A stretch of DNA of 64,000 nt. Source: Trichodelitschia bisporula. Taxonomy: Eukaryota. Location: positions 14,606 through 78,605 of the forward strand of contig ML996709.1 in NCBI GenBank assembly GCA_010356995.1, written 5' to 3'. Shown piece after piece: positions 27,117-41,183 of the stretch; the first letter of the stretch is position 1; each line of letters opens with the position of its first letter. The notes under the pieces are model-generated. The model searched no databases and was not told where the DNA came from. It saw nothing but the letters and a program-made list of their open reading frames with translations. The position numbers were made by a program, and so were the translations under genes.

Positions 27117-29838
27117 TCAACGCCGATTCGAGGTATTTTCCTCAGTCTTACCGAGCTGCGGCCTCTTATCGGTGTGCCAGAACTGCTTCTTTTGTGGCAA
27201 CTTGTTGCGCAGCGCATTGAAGCTATCCCAACTGAGGCGGGGATTAGCATACCTAGCTTGGGAGATAGCCATGTTGGATGTTGGGGTGGCGGGTGGGGGG
27301 AATGCAACTGACTTCAAGTGCAAGTCGATGAAAGAACTCAAGGACCTTTCCTTGGGGTCAGCTGGAGAATGTGGAGCAGGATGGGTTTCTCTACCAAAGT
27401 CTCGATTAACATCATTCGCACGAGCCAACTGTCCACAGTTCGGCGGCTGCGGATTTGAACGAGAGGTTAGGGGCAGCGATGAACAATATGAGTCGCTAGT
27501 GGTCCTTTCATGGCGCGAGGACGGCTCTACTTCCCCTGGGTTGTGAATCCAGTCTATGAGTGAGGCGGTCATTGGATGAACCGGGACTGAGTCCAAGTCA
27601 TTATCGTCATCCAACTGGCCATGGAAGCCATCAGCGAGCGTCGTACCACCGGTAGTCACTGTCTGACGACCACTAGGCGCGTTGGGGGTCGGATATGCGG
27701 TATCCTGTGGGCGGTATGCTGAATGCGTCATGGGTGGTGGCGTAAAACCCCAGTTGAGTTCGGCTTTAGTATGGAGCGGCGTCCGGGTTGCCAACGCTGC
27801 CTGGTCGTGTACAGGCGTTGGCATCTGTGCTGGGGTAGGCATGTGGATTGCGGCGGAAGCGGTTGCAGCTGCTGCCGCCTTTGTACCGCCATCCAGGGCG
27901 CTAACATCAGAGTGGGGGCGTTCAGCGGCCGGGGCTGTATCCAAGTCGAATGGTTGGTTCGATTGCTTGAACGCGATGCGGCCGTTGTCCAAGGCAAGCG
28001 GGGAATTCTAAGAAAGTTAAAACGTCACTTCGTAAAAGATAGGAGTATATACCTCCTCGCATGCTATGCGAACCGCCCATGTAATGATGTCCCGAATACG
28101 GACCATATGGTCGAACCACTCGGGCTTGTCAGACTTCACACGCTTGCCGTCCTTGCTTCCAACAAGTCTCTCCTTTTGCCAAACCAAGGTCGTGTGTTCG
28201 TTGGCGAGTGGGATGAAGCCGGAAATCAGCTCTTCCTCCTGCAATGCATGCCCCGAATCAGGAGCCGCCGGCGTGTCGTAGACAGGATAGTTTGCCAATA
28301 GAGTGTTTACAACACTAGTGAGCTTTGCAAAGGCCTCGTGTACAACGCCTGTGGTCTCAATATCTGGAATATTCTGCCTCATAGAGGCAGTGAGCTTCGC
28401 TGAATTCTGGTAGAACCAGATTATGTGCACACGAAGCGGTGGAAGTATGACTTTAACGATGGCCGGAATCCGCGACTCGGCTGGACGGGTCTCACCAGAT
28501 GTGACATCTTCGCGGAACTCGTTGTCGACGGCATCAGCAACATACCGCAGAAGCTCAACCAGAATCCGCAGATTCAAGCGGTGGAATGAGTCGTTGCTCC
28601 GGTTTGAACCTGGTCACATCAGTTTTACTAAGATTATGTGGGACAACACGGACCGAGGCTTTCTGAAAAGTTGAGATACTCAGCAGCGATAGCTATGAGG
28701 GATATGGAAAGAAGAGTCGAAGTGGCATCGGCGCCAGACGAGAGAACCATGCCAACTCTTGTAATTACTTCTTTCTCCATTTCCATACGCTGGATACTAT
28801 CGTTGCCTTCAAACGCTTCCGTGTGCAGGCGCACGAACCACGCTCGCAGGGTGGCAATAGATGCCGACTTGCCGGCTGGACCCAAGGTGTTCGCCAAATT
28901 CGCGATGGTGTAGCCCTTGAGCTTTTTCACAAGAAGCGACAGGTTGCGTGCCGCTTCGGGGTGGGGGACCTGACGAGTCAGGGACAAGTAAAAATAAAGC
29001 AGCGCTTTGAAGTTGTTGCGATTCGCCAGTGTCAGAACTGCCAGCTGATGGTATGGAATGCCGGATTGTGGATAGAGTTCTGAGGCTAAGTCATAGTAAC
29101 CAGTCGCAGTCCTGAAGCCGCCTGCTGCGGCGTCCGGCTGAATGACCGTTCTCCAGCGAGAGAGATCGCCAAGGTGGACAAGAGTCTCACAGCAGATATC
29201 ATCCAGAGCAGTTTTGATGTGGTCGGGGTGTTGGATAGCACGCTCTGGCCTGGCTGGAAGTGGCGCCTGCGAGCGGAGTCGATTCGCAACCTTCAGCAGG
29301 CCTTCCGATGCAGGGTGTTTATCGCTTAGAGACCGCAAGAGAGATCGGTAGAACGACTGCGAGTCCTTTATGAAGATGAGGTAGTCGGCAAGCGACTTGC
29401 GCCAGGCAACCGATTTGTTGCCCTGCTGTGCAGCATGCTGCTAAGAGGATTAGCAATGTCGCAACAATGACAATTTGGCACTCACCTTGCTAATCTCGGC
29501 CTTGAACTTGCCGTAGACACGCGTATGGCTGAGCCATAAGCGCTGGTCGACATTCTGCGACTTTGCCATGGATACATCCGTCCCCATGATAACGAGACAT
29601 GCATTGCGAAACCTGCTATCATCAGACCCGTCTTCTTCAATATAGCCAGCCACTCACTTCCTCAACATAAGCTGAACATCTTCGGCTTCGCCAACTGGCG
29701 GCAGAGGCTCTCCGAATCTGCTGGCTATGGCGTGCTTGAGCGAAGCTTCCGCCTCGTTGACGGCCCTGAAAGATGCGGTAAGCAACGACTTGTAGATAGT
29801 TAGGGTATCAGTTCGTACATGATGAGGGTTCCAGCCAT
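27117..29838 (-). CDS. Est1/SMG7/Ebs1-like TPR-fold DNA/RNA-binding protein (multi-exon)
   Basis: QRLWLSH; CETLVHLGDLSRWR; GYYDLASELYPQSGIPYHQLAVL; YFYLSL..PHPEAARNL (Est1 DNA/RNA-binding domain pattern). The 3' end is uncertain. Confidence 0.75.
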
Positions 29839-30564
29839 GTTTGTAAGATCGAGTCCGAGGCGATGGCGAAGAATGTTGAGGGGGGTGGGAGGGGGGTTAA
29901 CAATCAGATATGCAGAGAGAGCGACGACGGCGGTTTGCGGGGCTCATGTCGTGGAGTACGGTACGGCGTTTGAATGGCCCGTGCAGTGGTTATCCAAGAG
30001 GTTGGGGGGCAGGGCAAATGAAAGAGTTGCAAAGTTCTCTTCTGGAGGAGGTTCGTACAGTTGACGGAGTTGAGTCCTTTTGCGGCGGAAGAATGACGAG
30101 GTGAGGATGTGAGTTGCTGACGATCCAAAGTTTCCGTGCACTCGTCCCGACCTCCGCGTTCCCTGTACCCTGTTGTCTTGGCCTACGGTACTTGGCTAGC
30201 GCAACCCCACAGAGATTCATCAGCTACGACGGGAACATCGTCCAGTGGCGCATGGATCTTAGCAAGATCTCGCCGAACGCAATGACCACGCAGGCGCTGT
30301 TACAACACAAACTGCACGTACTTTCCTTACGACATAGTTACCTCTTCCATCAACTCGCGGCAGATTTTCAATGCTTGCTAAGGCTACTCGTTATTGCTTC
30401 AATGGCTTCTAAAATTCACCTCTAGAGTCTATCGTTGTCGACATACTGCCTGTATCGGAGTACCAAGCTGCAGCTAATTGGATCGCCCCGCCATCGACTG
30501 CAGCTTCACACATCACGGGCCGCCAAAACTACCGAGAGTATTTCTTACCGCACTCTCCCTTACC

Positions 30565-31457
30565 ATGGCTAAACGCTCACGCGAAGACTCTCCGTCTTCT
30601 TCCTCAGACCTTGAACTGCTTACGGCCCAGCGTGCAACGTCAGGACAACCATCTCGTGAAGCTTCAGTGGAACCCCGCTTCAAGTACCCGCACCTCGACC
30701 CCAGCTCCGACCACGAGCAAGTCATCATGCGCTGCCATCTCCCCCCGCATCGCCCCCTCTCCTTCACCTCTTACGACGACTACGATGTGCACTATCACAA
30801 GTTCCACGTCAATCGATGCTCAGAGTGCCAGAAAAACTTCCCAACCGAACACTATCTCCAACTCCATATCGCCGAGAACCATGATCCACTCAATGAGGTC
30901 CGGAGGTCGCGAGGAGAGAAGACGGTACTTACTATGCCGAACGATTTGTGTAAGAAGCTAACTATATCCACAGTACGGTTGCTTGGTTGAAGGCTGTGAC
31001 CGTGTCTGCTCGACGCCGTTGACGCGGAAAAGACATATGATTGACAAGCATCAATTCCCTAAGGTAGGCATCTTCATTGCAAAGCACTGTGGCGGTCCCT
31101 CATTGCTGCCAGTTCTATGATTTTTTCATCGTTATGGACGGTATCGACAAGCGCAGCTCCATGCTCCGTCCAAGTCATCGGCGACGAAGCTCAGCATCTA
31201 CAAATCCCACCCAAACTCCCGTTGCCAGCAGAACCCAGAATGATTTGCCAACCGATCCAGAGTTGCTTTCCGGCCACCCCGCAGATAGTACGCCAGTACC
31301 GCTTATGAATAGCGACCAAACCCCTGTAGTTTCCATATCGAAACCCTCTGATATCGCTATGGATGACATCACGAAGTCAATGTCCTCCCTAAAATTTGTT
31401 CCTCCAAGCGTCCGCTTCGGCCGTGGCGGAGGTCACGGCGGCTTTGCACGGCGATGA
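30565..31457 (+). CDS. C2H2 zinc-finger protein (ZNF511-like)
   Basis: CHLPPH..YDVHYHKFH; CSECQKNFPTEHYLQLHIAENH; spliced YGCLVEGCDRVC..RKRHMIDKH; C-terminal LKFVPPSVRFGRG. Confidence 0.85.
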
Positions 31458-34400
31458 GCTTAGTCCAAATGGAGATATCTGCACATCCGAGTCCCCAGAA
31501 AAAGTCTGCTGAGAAGTGCCCTATGCCAATCCTGATCATGTCACCACGTATTCAACGACTTTGACGAAACAGGAATTGGAAAGGTGTGATTCCATAGACT
31601 TTCAATCGTTGTTGTACCTTCCACCCCAGCAACATCTGAAGACCTTTCCTGTTGATCTGTTCCAATGCACATCTGCTCAATGTGGTCTTCACTCGGCGCG
31701 AAAATACATCAAATTAAGTTGCAAGTCGAACTGTCCATCCAAAATTCCATCAACACGTAGTAGATTCCTCAAGCGATCGGATGAGGGCTTGGTATATACC
31801 ATTTACCTACAAGTGCCGGTAAGAGCAATAACCAGGAGCACGCCTTTGCGATGCTTGTCTCCGAGTACTCCTCGTGAGCCCGGTTACGTTGTTCCGGGAC
31901 GGGTGATTGAAGACAATGGCATGATTTTAAAGCATTATCCGCAAGTTTTTTTTGATAACCAATTTGCGTCCACATTTTCAGCTGCAACGAGCCGCAAGGT
32001 GATGCTGTTGCGAAAGGGACTGTCCGCCGGAATTCCCTCATTTCTTACGTACCTGAGTCAACGATGCCAGTAGTTTATGCAACGAAATCTTTCCGCAATC
32101 CACAGGTTCCAGAGTGTGCTCTAGTCTTTCTTCATTGGAAATCTACAGCTATCATCCGCGCCTGCTGTAAACGCTTCCCAAAAAAGTATTGTGGAACACC
32201 CTACGCCAGCCTTTATCATGCACGCGAACCATGATCATTGCTCCTCCCTCGAAATATGAGAAAGTTTGGGCAAACACCTCAAAAGGTTCAGGTACAACTC
32301 CCACTCACCCCCCTCGGCATGATATTCTAGGACCTCCTTAAAATCTTAACAACAAAGTTGGTGTCGCGACGCCAGCTCTAAGAGTCTGCGTTGACTGAAA
32401 AGGAGGCGGGACGGACGTAAAATTATATTCATCTATATCGTGATGTGCACCTATGCCACAAGGGTAAACCGAACTTATTTTGCATCAGTAAAAATTGCCT
32501 AGATAAGGCTAGCTATTTGGCAAAATTGTTTCTCGTCGCGACGCACCTGTGGGGAAAATTGCTATCCAAGTATAAAAGATTTTGAAAGATATTTTGCCTC
32601 CAGTTAATCTCAAGACCCTATCGGAGTTTTGACGCCAGCTACTCCCAAGGCATAGAGAAGTTACTTCATTTGCAGTGAGATAACGATCCTTTCCCGTGAG
32701 TGAAAAGTACTAAGTCATACGCCTTGCCGAGACGAGCCTGCCCATTCAAAATCATATGCATGTACCTTGGCATTATAAGTGCATCTGAGCATTAAGGTTA
32801 ACCTTAGGATTCAACCGGGTCCTGGCATTTATTACAGGTGGCCAGGGGGGAGGGTGAGGGCCTGTAAGGGGTAACTAAGATTTTTGGGACAGTCCCCGTC
32901 CTGCAAAGTACCTGTTAGAGTCATCAGCAGGAAGTTTTTCAGGCTTTACCCTCTATCAGAGCTTCCAACAACAAACCCACCCATCCAATGAAAGAACGCC
33001 GCAAGGCCCCACAACCAGAGATGTAACTCATAAGTAAGGAGGCCCCAATCAGACCCAGTCAGAGAATTGAAAATTTGTAATATGTGCACTAATCAAATCA
33101 ACTTCCGTACGCCTCGAGTCTTTAGATTTTACTATTGGGGTACAATTTTTCCCGGGTGTTGAGGTGGTTTATGTATTATCAGCATCACTTCAATAAAACA
33201 AACAGTCTGCTCATTTATGGGGCGCCATGCACTGCCAGGAAAACTTGTTATTTAACTTTAAAAAGCGTGTTAACTTTGAGAAAGTTAGAAGAGGTTGATT
33301 GCCCTCAAACCTCGTGAAAGCATAATCTTCCAATTGTAGGAACTGAGAGGCGTGTACTCAGGGATGTCATATAAACTTTTGACAGTGTTTATCCCAGGTA
33401 CTGAGGGCGGAATAACTTGCGTCCTCGTAACTGGCGGACAAATCACGGAGCACAATTTCTTGATCGCAGCATATTGTATAAATATTTTCCTTTCTGATTG
33501 GTCCGCTGGTTACGAGGACGTAGGCTATGACGCCCGCAAGATAAGGGACAACATCGCTCGTAACCCACTGAACACCTACTTCTTCTAAAGTTCTGTACGT
33601 ATAATATAAGTTATTTCGCTAAATACTTTATCAGGGGCATATCCGTTAGTTATGTGGGAGGTTTTCAACACTACACTGCACCAAACCCCGTTATCGAGTT
33701 GCTTCATCTTACATTAAGGGCTCTCTACCAGATGGAAATGCGCCCAGCAGCACTTTGCGGCTCATGAGCTGACAGCAAATTAGGAGAAGAAATATTACTC
33801 CCCGGCGTTTGGTATGACAACCATAAATGACGTTGCATCTGAATGCTGAGGCCTACGCAATATGCGTTCACATTATCTAGGTTGGAGTTACTCGTAAATG
33901 AGCCTTCCGGCGTTCCATGAGGTCGGTCACAATTATGACCTGGAATTTTGTCCATCCTCCGATCACAGGGAGAGCGCGCCTGAGCGAGGAAGCCGATTTT
34001 GGCGTGAAGGCAAGGTAGCAGCACAATTAAACCTATATTGATTCAGATCTGCAGTGTTGTTAAAGGAGCCCTTTTGATGTTGTCATCCCACATTGAAGCC
34101 TTAGGTGTAGCAAAGGATTAATATATGTGCGAATATACATATAAAGACTGGCCGCTCACGGGACCACTGTCTTATATGATTGCTGAGCGGGCCGCGAATC
34201 GGACGTTGACTGCCAAGGGGAACAAACCTAGAGCATTGGAGAACGTGGTGCCGATTCAGAACATTTGCGGATACGCTTTTTCTACCTATGCCAGTCGTGA
34301 AAACGTTGGCTCTTGAGCAAGCATTGCTCCTGTACGCAAGCCCCAGAGGACTCGCATCTGAAGAGAGTAACTGGCACTCCGGAGTCTGTCCAATGATGCC

Positions 34401-35208
34401 ATGCTTTTCCCATTTAGTTTAACAGGGCAATGTTCCTTGCCATTCACCAAGCCTAGGCATTATGAGTTTCTATCCACTTTCTAAAGACCCCTCTTAAGAA
34501 TTGTTTGTACCAAATAATCCAATCATGAGTAAGGCAAAGGTACTGGCTGAATGGAAGCTCCAATGAGTAGATATTTTACTGGAAGGCGTGAAGAAACCTA
34601 TGTAGGTCACTCGTCACTTAAAACGGGCTCAGTAGATAGATAGTGGAATTGCTAAGGAGAAGAGTGGTGAAGCCCCGAGGAATGACAGGGGTACTCAAAA
34701 GATTGATTGGATATCTGTACCAAATTTATGACTGCTGCCAACCCGTGTCACTCGCTGCCTTTTAGGCCGCTACCATAGTGACCTGTTGAATAAGTTCTTA
34801 TTGGGCCACGGTATGAGAAACCAATGCTAGATGGCGGCGAAAGGAGTTAGCTGGAAGACCTATGTACCGAGTACTCAAATCTAAATTAACTAGGTGCCGC
34901 TGGACTGGCGTATGGTTAGGTCATCTTCAATTCTACAATATCATGTGCAAAATACATGTTGCTCTAGGTTCGACACACCATCAAAATTCCACGTTGATTC
35001 AACTTCATCAACGGTACCATGCAAGGTAGATAGATTAGAAACTAGACTTTACATGCTTCGATTCGCCTCGACGAGCTTAGTAGTTCCACTCTTTTATTTT
35101 TTGGCCGTAATGCAGTTGCAGCAAAAATTGACATTTCACTGCAGATTCTTACAAAGCTCGTGGGATTCATCCTTAGGATTGGAGTTTGCAAATAGCCTGC
35201 ATGCTAGT

Positions 35209-35430
35209 TATTCCTGGTACGGCCTAGGTACTGGCCTAGGTACTCCTCGCTCACGTACCCGCTATCACAGACCAATTAAAGTGCAAGAATTTCATTCTGT
35301 AAAGATATCTCTGTTTCTGTAACAAATCCTGCTTCTTTACTTGGTTAATGATTGTGGGTACGTGGCGGTGAGTACCTGAGCTGGTACCTAGGCCGGTACC
35401 TAGGCCGGTACCTAGGCTGTACAAGGGATA
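35209..35430. mobile_element. MITE copy 1 (TA-flanked, terminal inverted repeats)
   Basis: Ends TATTCCTGGTACGGCCTAGGTAC and GTACCTAGGCTGTACAAGGGATA; subterminal 12-bp GGTACCTAGGCC repeats; core ACCAATTAAAG..CTGTAAAG..TTTCTGTAACAAATCCT. Confidence 0.75.
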
Positions 35431-36559
35431 AGCGGCGTTATTGATGGAATAACGGGTCCGGGATGGCCAGACAGCGGCAATAAAATAGAAAAATACAGAT
35501 CATCGATCTATGGGTATATCAATAGATCGATAGCATGCCTAACAAGTGTGCAAACTACTCTGCCATAAATTGTCCAATACCCTACCGGTAGGCTTTACTA
35601 TGGATATCCCCGGGATCCCTCTAATAAAAAAGCGCCGAGACTTGGGAAATACAACACAACCACCCCAATCACGGGCACAAATTTCTTGCTATGCCGCAAA
35701 ACTATCAGCAGTATGCCGCAAGCCAAGGATGCACCAAATTACTCATCTTGCTAAGAGAATTCAATGGTGCATAGTCGACTACCAGTACCTTGAGGAGACT
35801 TGTAGTTCGGTATTTTATTTAGCTGTACAAAGCGCATAATACAATCCGGTGTATCTCTAGCCAGAGTCATATATATTGGTAGCTTAGCATTGTTATATTG
35901 TAGTAAGAGGTTTGTCAATCTGGAGCGGAGAAGCGAACTTTTTTTGGCCGGTCTGTCTTCTACTGCGTGGGGCACATCTTTCAGCCATGCCTCCCTCACA
36001 AATCTAGCCAGTTGTACGCTCAAAGTTTGGACACGTTGCACTACCAAAGCCGGTATCTTGCAGCCAAAGAAAAGATTGCTTGTAGATGGGTTCCTTCAAT
36101 AACTTTTGACTCTACGCAGCTCGTCAGAAAATTCTGGTAGCGTACCACTTATGTACTGCAGATTTTTGTCGCACGACTTCTCGTAACTGGTCTACCAGTG
36201 CCGAAGATGCCAGCGACGGACGCCTGTTGTATAAGAAATACATCCTATGTGCATTCTAACCCCTCCACTCAACCAAGCTCTTTTGAAAACGGAGTTTACG
36301 GAAATAAAGTGCATACCAAAGCAGCCCATTTACACCCAGCCTATCTCACTTCAGGCACTTGCGTCTCCCTACTACCACCAGAGTAAAAACTTGAAACACA
36401 CAATATGCGCAGCTCGGCGAGTTCTACGTTTCAGGCTTGTGATGCGTAGTGGTATGGAGATGCAAGCTTTTAAAGTAAGTTATTCACTGACTTGGCAAAA
36501 TAAAACTGAGCTGTCCGACCTAAGTAAGGTGGATGGTTCAGCCAGCTCAGTATGGTTGG

Positions 36560-36904
36560 GCCTCAGGCACCAAGGCTATGGTCTGCTCAGCTGGCATTGT
36601 AGGGATAAGACCTCTGAGGCAAGCATTAGGGTAGTAAGGCAGGCATTGTTATCAGGTTATAGCAGTTATTATTGTAGTACGGCAGGGAGCACTGCTTTAT
36701 AGCAGGCATAATTAGGTTATAGTAGCAGGCTTAGGCGGATTATATCTTTATCTATCCTACTCAGGAAGAGACTACCTGCGGACCCGCTCTCCCGATTAGG
36801 ACTAGCGCAGCAGTGCTCGCATCCCATAGATAGCTTGCTTCCTCCTACATCTCTTACCAGGCATCATCTCTCTCTCTCATTCACTTATTCTTATGTTCGT
36901 GACA
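36560..36904 (+). repeat. Old, degenerate LTR-like repeat
   Basis: Ends ..GTGACA. Shares TAGGTTATAG, AAGAG..GCGG..GATTAGG..TAGCG, TAGATAGCTTGCT and CATCTCTCTC blocks with the reverse complement of 40515-40720. Confidence 0.45.
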
Positions 36905-37084
36905 TTCATCCACGTTCCGATATGAGCGACGATACGAGACGTCACTCGCAGCTGCGTTTACCCCACCAAGTACCTGTGCAAGCACCAGCGCCCTACGAAA
37001 TATAAGATAATCTGTAAGATTTATACCTAGAGCCTTGAGGATGTACATTCATTAATTCTCTCATTGCATCATACGCCTCCCTGA

Positions 37085-37284
37085 TATTCTTTGTACAGCC
37101 CCTGTTCGTGCCCTGGTAATTGCCCAGGTGCAAATCGGAATCATTAACCAATTAAAGAGCTAGAGTTTAGTCCTGTAAAGAGTTCTTGATTTCTGTAACA
37201 AATCCTAGCACTTTGACTGGTCAGTGACAGGCGATTTGTACCTGGGAAAGTACCTGGACAAGTACCTGAGCCCTACAAGGGATA
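37085..37284. mobile_element. MITE copy 2 (diverged)
   Basis: Ends TATTCTTTGTACAGCC and GCCCTACAAGGGATA; same core ACCAATTAAAG..CTGTAAAG..TTTCTGTAACAAATCCT. Confidence 0.7.
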
Positions 37285-40200
37285 GTAGAAATATTATTGA
37301 GGTCCTGGCAATAATTAGGTGTGGGTAATGATGTATGCGAAATGTGCATAGTAAGTTTGGAGAATATATAGAATAGCCCGGAAGGAGAATTTTGACGACC
37401 TTTTATTAGGGGCAAGTATAAGGAAGAGGGCATTATTCAACTGCTGGTGCGTAGCTGCCTCAGGGCACATTGTCAGTAGGGTAGGAGGTACGTAAGACTA
37501 TTTCGACGCATCATCGCTGAGAAGTAACTAGGAGAAACAGTATAACATCTTAGTCTTATTTGTGTACCTGTCCCTTTGATCATCACCCAATACTAGCACA
37601 ACAACATGGCTATTGTTTTTCATCCTCTTTCGCGCATCTTCGTTTCGGTCATCCCACGTTTCCCTACGTGCATCTCGCAACAACCGCGGAGTCTGTATGA
37701 GTTCAATATCTTTTGGCAGTCAATACCGGCATCTGTAAAAGTCCCCAATTCTTCTGGAAAAGAACTTGAGACTGAGCATGGATAGTGGATATATAATACC
37801 TGCGGTGTGCGTCTGCGGACTCACTTTAACCCCGACATCGGGGTGCCGCGTATATGCTCGCCATTGTCATTGCTTCGTCAGACTGTTGAAAAGGAAGCGA
37901 ACGGCAATTGAATCCTTTAACCTTATCAACTCCCAATGAGCTGCGCTGGCGGATTTCACGCCCCATAATTTCAGTTACTTCATCTGTAATCAGTCGCATT
38001 GCTATATATCTAAAGGAAAGCTCCCGCCTTATCTCATCGTATCCTACAATTCCTGATGTCCTGCATCTACAATATGAAAATAAATTTTGTTTAAAGCCTT
38101 TTATTAATTTGATTGTTGAGCTATGCTGGAGACAGGGCCACCTAGCTTAAAAGAGCTATTCTCCGTGTTAAGCTTTTTGCGCGATCTGAGATTAGCTTTT
38201 TGGGTACTCAAGTTCTCCTTTACGCGGCGTATTGTAAGTCGTATGCAATAACGGTTAAAAGGCGGCAGGGCGGCAAGGCGCGTAGAATGGTTGCTGGTTT
38301 TGCTGCCAACCTCGTAGTCAAATGCCTAACTTCGTTAGCAATTTCACAAGCCCAGTATTTTTAGCCCATTGCTGGAAAGCACAGACTGAGGATACGGATC
38401 AAATTTGAGTACTCACAGATATGTTCCCACGGAAGGCATGTAATATTATCTACGGGGTGCAGTACCCATGTCGCTCTAGGAGCTTCTGATCTGAGCGGTA
38501 GGGCCTGTTTCAGGCAGTACTCGGAAGTGGCTCTCATCTGAGTACCCAAATTTTACCCCGAAATCAGTAAACATGACGCGGCAGCTTTACAAAGTCACTC
38601 TACTAAGACCTCATTACGTCGCACGATAATAGCAAAATCACCAGATGGTAGAAGAATTCGTTGAACTGGTCAAGTATTCCACGGGTCAAGGAGAATTTTG
38701 CGGAACTATAGAGCATTCCAATACGCTCGAAGCCCATGTAACCTTGTAGTTGAAACTCTGAACTTCCATCATTTTCTGAGGTTGGACGTCATGATAAGGG
38801 GGCTTTAGCCATTATTAGCCATTATAGCCATACCTAGCCACAAAATCTCAGGCCGCGATGCCGCTATAACTCATAGATCCATGCGGATGAAGACTGCCAG
38901 CTTACTCGACTCGTTAGAAGAATTGTAATAAACTGAATTTCTTTCCGTACCTATGTCGCATTGTGTGGGTTGTCCCTTGTTCTGCGGGCGTGCCCTCTGG
39001 CGTCCTCATTGCTGATATACCAACTAGAGAGCAGAATCTCATACAGAACTGTTCCGTTAAGAATTCTTACTCTCTAATTGGCCAGCCAGCTACTGGCGGA
39101 CCACTACGGATGCAAGTGAGGAGGCTAGTAAGGACTCCCGCAATACGAGGGATATATATAGTTTTAGGGGTTGGGGTGTTCTGGCTTCCTAAGTCTTTAG
39201 CTCAAATCCCTGCTCCGGACCCAAGCTATGCAACAAATCTTCTCTGCCAGTCCTTGGGCACGCCACGCTAGAATAACTGCTGGTACATGTCCCAGAATTC
39301 ACGGTCTGATAAACTAAGGCCGGCTTTGCAGTACACACGTTTAGGCCATAAAACGCAGCCATATCGTATCCATACGCATTAACTTTCCACTCTCTACCCC
39401 TACTCTACCCCATATATTTCCATCTTTAATTTTTGTTGGCTAAATCCATACCCTGTCATCAAATTTGTGCCACATAAACGGTGCATAGTCTTCTAATTTA
39501 CCTTGAACCCTTCTCAGGTAAAAATATGCGCCCATGTGGGTTAGTTTTACATGAGACACGTCACCACATATTCTACTAAGGACACGGGCTATCGGGTTAA
39601 GATACTGGCATTAGCTCTTAATCTTTGGGTTAGATAGTTTGTATCTAGTTCGTCCTATCAGGACTGCAGATACTATATACTCCAGCACCACAGATATTTA
39701 GATAATATGTCGCCCCGCAGGCTTAGACATTAGCATTAGGTATTCGTCCTTACATTGCGGTCATTACAGATTACATAGGAAAACTCCTGAATAGCTTAAA
39801 ATCATTAGAATTTACACGACGCCTCGTAAAAAGAAAATTAGAAGCCTGCTGCTGTCAGGATCGCATATATCGTGCAAAAGGAAGACTTCTTTTCTCATGA
39901 AGACAGCGCGAACGTTAATAAACATATTATTATGGAAGAGGTTTAACCATGGTCACTGAAACTATTCTTATGGTGCCGAGGAAGCTTGCGACCATATTGT
40001 TGCCAGTTATTGTATTGCATGTGAGCGGAATATCAAACTGATGTTCAAGGTTATTTGCTCGCTGATGTTCAAGTCTGTCAGGGGACAGCTTATTCAAATT
40101 TTGCCAACCAGATTACTAGCTTGCCACTTCACTAAACCGGATGCGGGCGCCGTTGGGATTATACGGCCACATGCTCTGATGCACATATTGATCAATCACA

Positions 40201-40287
40201 TTCCCTAATCTATACCATGACGCCATTATTTTTCTGTGGTAAACACCAAGTCGCGTCGCACTCAAGTGACGTGATATACTCGGAAGA

Positions 40288-40510
40288 TATTCCTTGTACG
40301 GCCCGGGTACTGACCAGGGTGCTAGCTCAGGTACTCGTCGCCTCCGTATCCGCAATCATAAACCAGCTGAAGAACTAAATTCTGTTATAGAAACCGAGAT
40401 GACTTTACAGAACTAAATTCTAACTCTTTAATTGGTCTATGATAGCGGATACGTGGGTGACGAGTCCCTACGCCATTACCTAGACCAGTACCTGGGCCGT
40501 ATCAGGGATA
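40288..40510. mobile_element. MITE copy 3 (inverted relative to copy 1)
   Basis: Ends TATTCCTTGTACGGCC and GGCCGTATCAGGGATA; its reverse complement aligns by eye with copy 1 along the whole length. Confidence 0.75.
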
Positions 40511-40514
40511 GCTT

Positions 40515-40963
40515 CTATGAGAGAGATGAAAATGAAGTAGTCGTGAAGTTGTAGAGCAAGCTATCTACGTAGAAGGGGATTTGTGTGTGTAGAAGCGCCA
40601 AGACCCGAACACGCTACGCCTAATCAGGAAACCGTCCCGCGGGTCGGCTCTTATGGGAAGGTACAAAGTCCAGACCGTCTGGCCTTAATGCCTGAGGCAC
40701 CTATAACCTAGAGCTGGTTAACTATCTGAAGCCCCTAGGTCTAATATACCCCCTTAGCTAGTGTCATGGGAGGATACCATCTCTCCCATGACAAGATATA
40801 AAGGTAATAGATTAAGCTATCTACTAAGAACTAGCTTAAAGGTGAATGCTAAGATATTACGTAATACGTGAGTAGCCTATGCTCTAGCGCTATAAGTAGC
40901 CAGTACAACAGTTCCATAAACCACGCTAGTCCTAAATGGGAACCGGCCCGCTCAGGTCGGTTT
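40515..40963 (-). repeat. Old TpA-rich LTR-like repeat interrupted by the Gypsy element (appears to continue at 47075-47131)
   Basis: Inverted similarity to 36560-36904 on both sides of the Gypsy insertion; many TA dinucleotides (RIP-like). Confidence 0.45.
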
Positions 40964-41171
40964 TGTCACGGTATGACACCCGGTTTCTGTTGCTCCATGG
41001 GCTCGCACCATCACCGGGTTTGTATGGGGCTTGGCGCTGTGCCAAGCCGCCACACTCACACTCGTACACCAGGCCTACTTACCCGCAGTCCCTGACACCT
41101 TTACTCCGTAGCTTTACAATCTACGTCTTACCCACATCTTGATCGTGCATGCGTGATTGTTGACGGTGACA
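40964..41171 (+). repeat. 5' LTR (208 bp)
   Basis: TGTCACGG..GGTGACA; identical by eye to the 3' LTR. Confidence 0.97.
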
Positions 41172-41172
41172 T

Positions 41173-41183
41173 ATTGTAAAGCT
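41173..41183 (+). promoter_or_regulatory. Self-priming primer binding site (Tf1/sushi type)
   Basis: ATTGTAAAGCT is the exact reverse complement of LTR positions 41110-41120 (AGCTTTACAAT). Confidence 0.8.

Noticed and set aside
31500..34900. Starship captain (DUF3435 tyrosine recombinase) at the block boundary
   Set aside because: No long ORF or recognisable recombinase motif in the frames I translated.
35370..35420. GGTACCTAGGCC repeats as a CRISPR-like array
   Set aside because: These are spacerless 12-bp tandem units inside a MITE end, in a eukaryotic genome.
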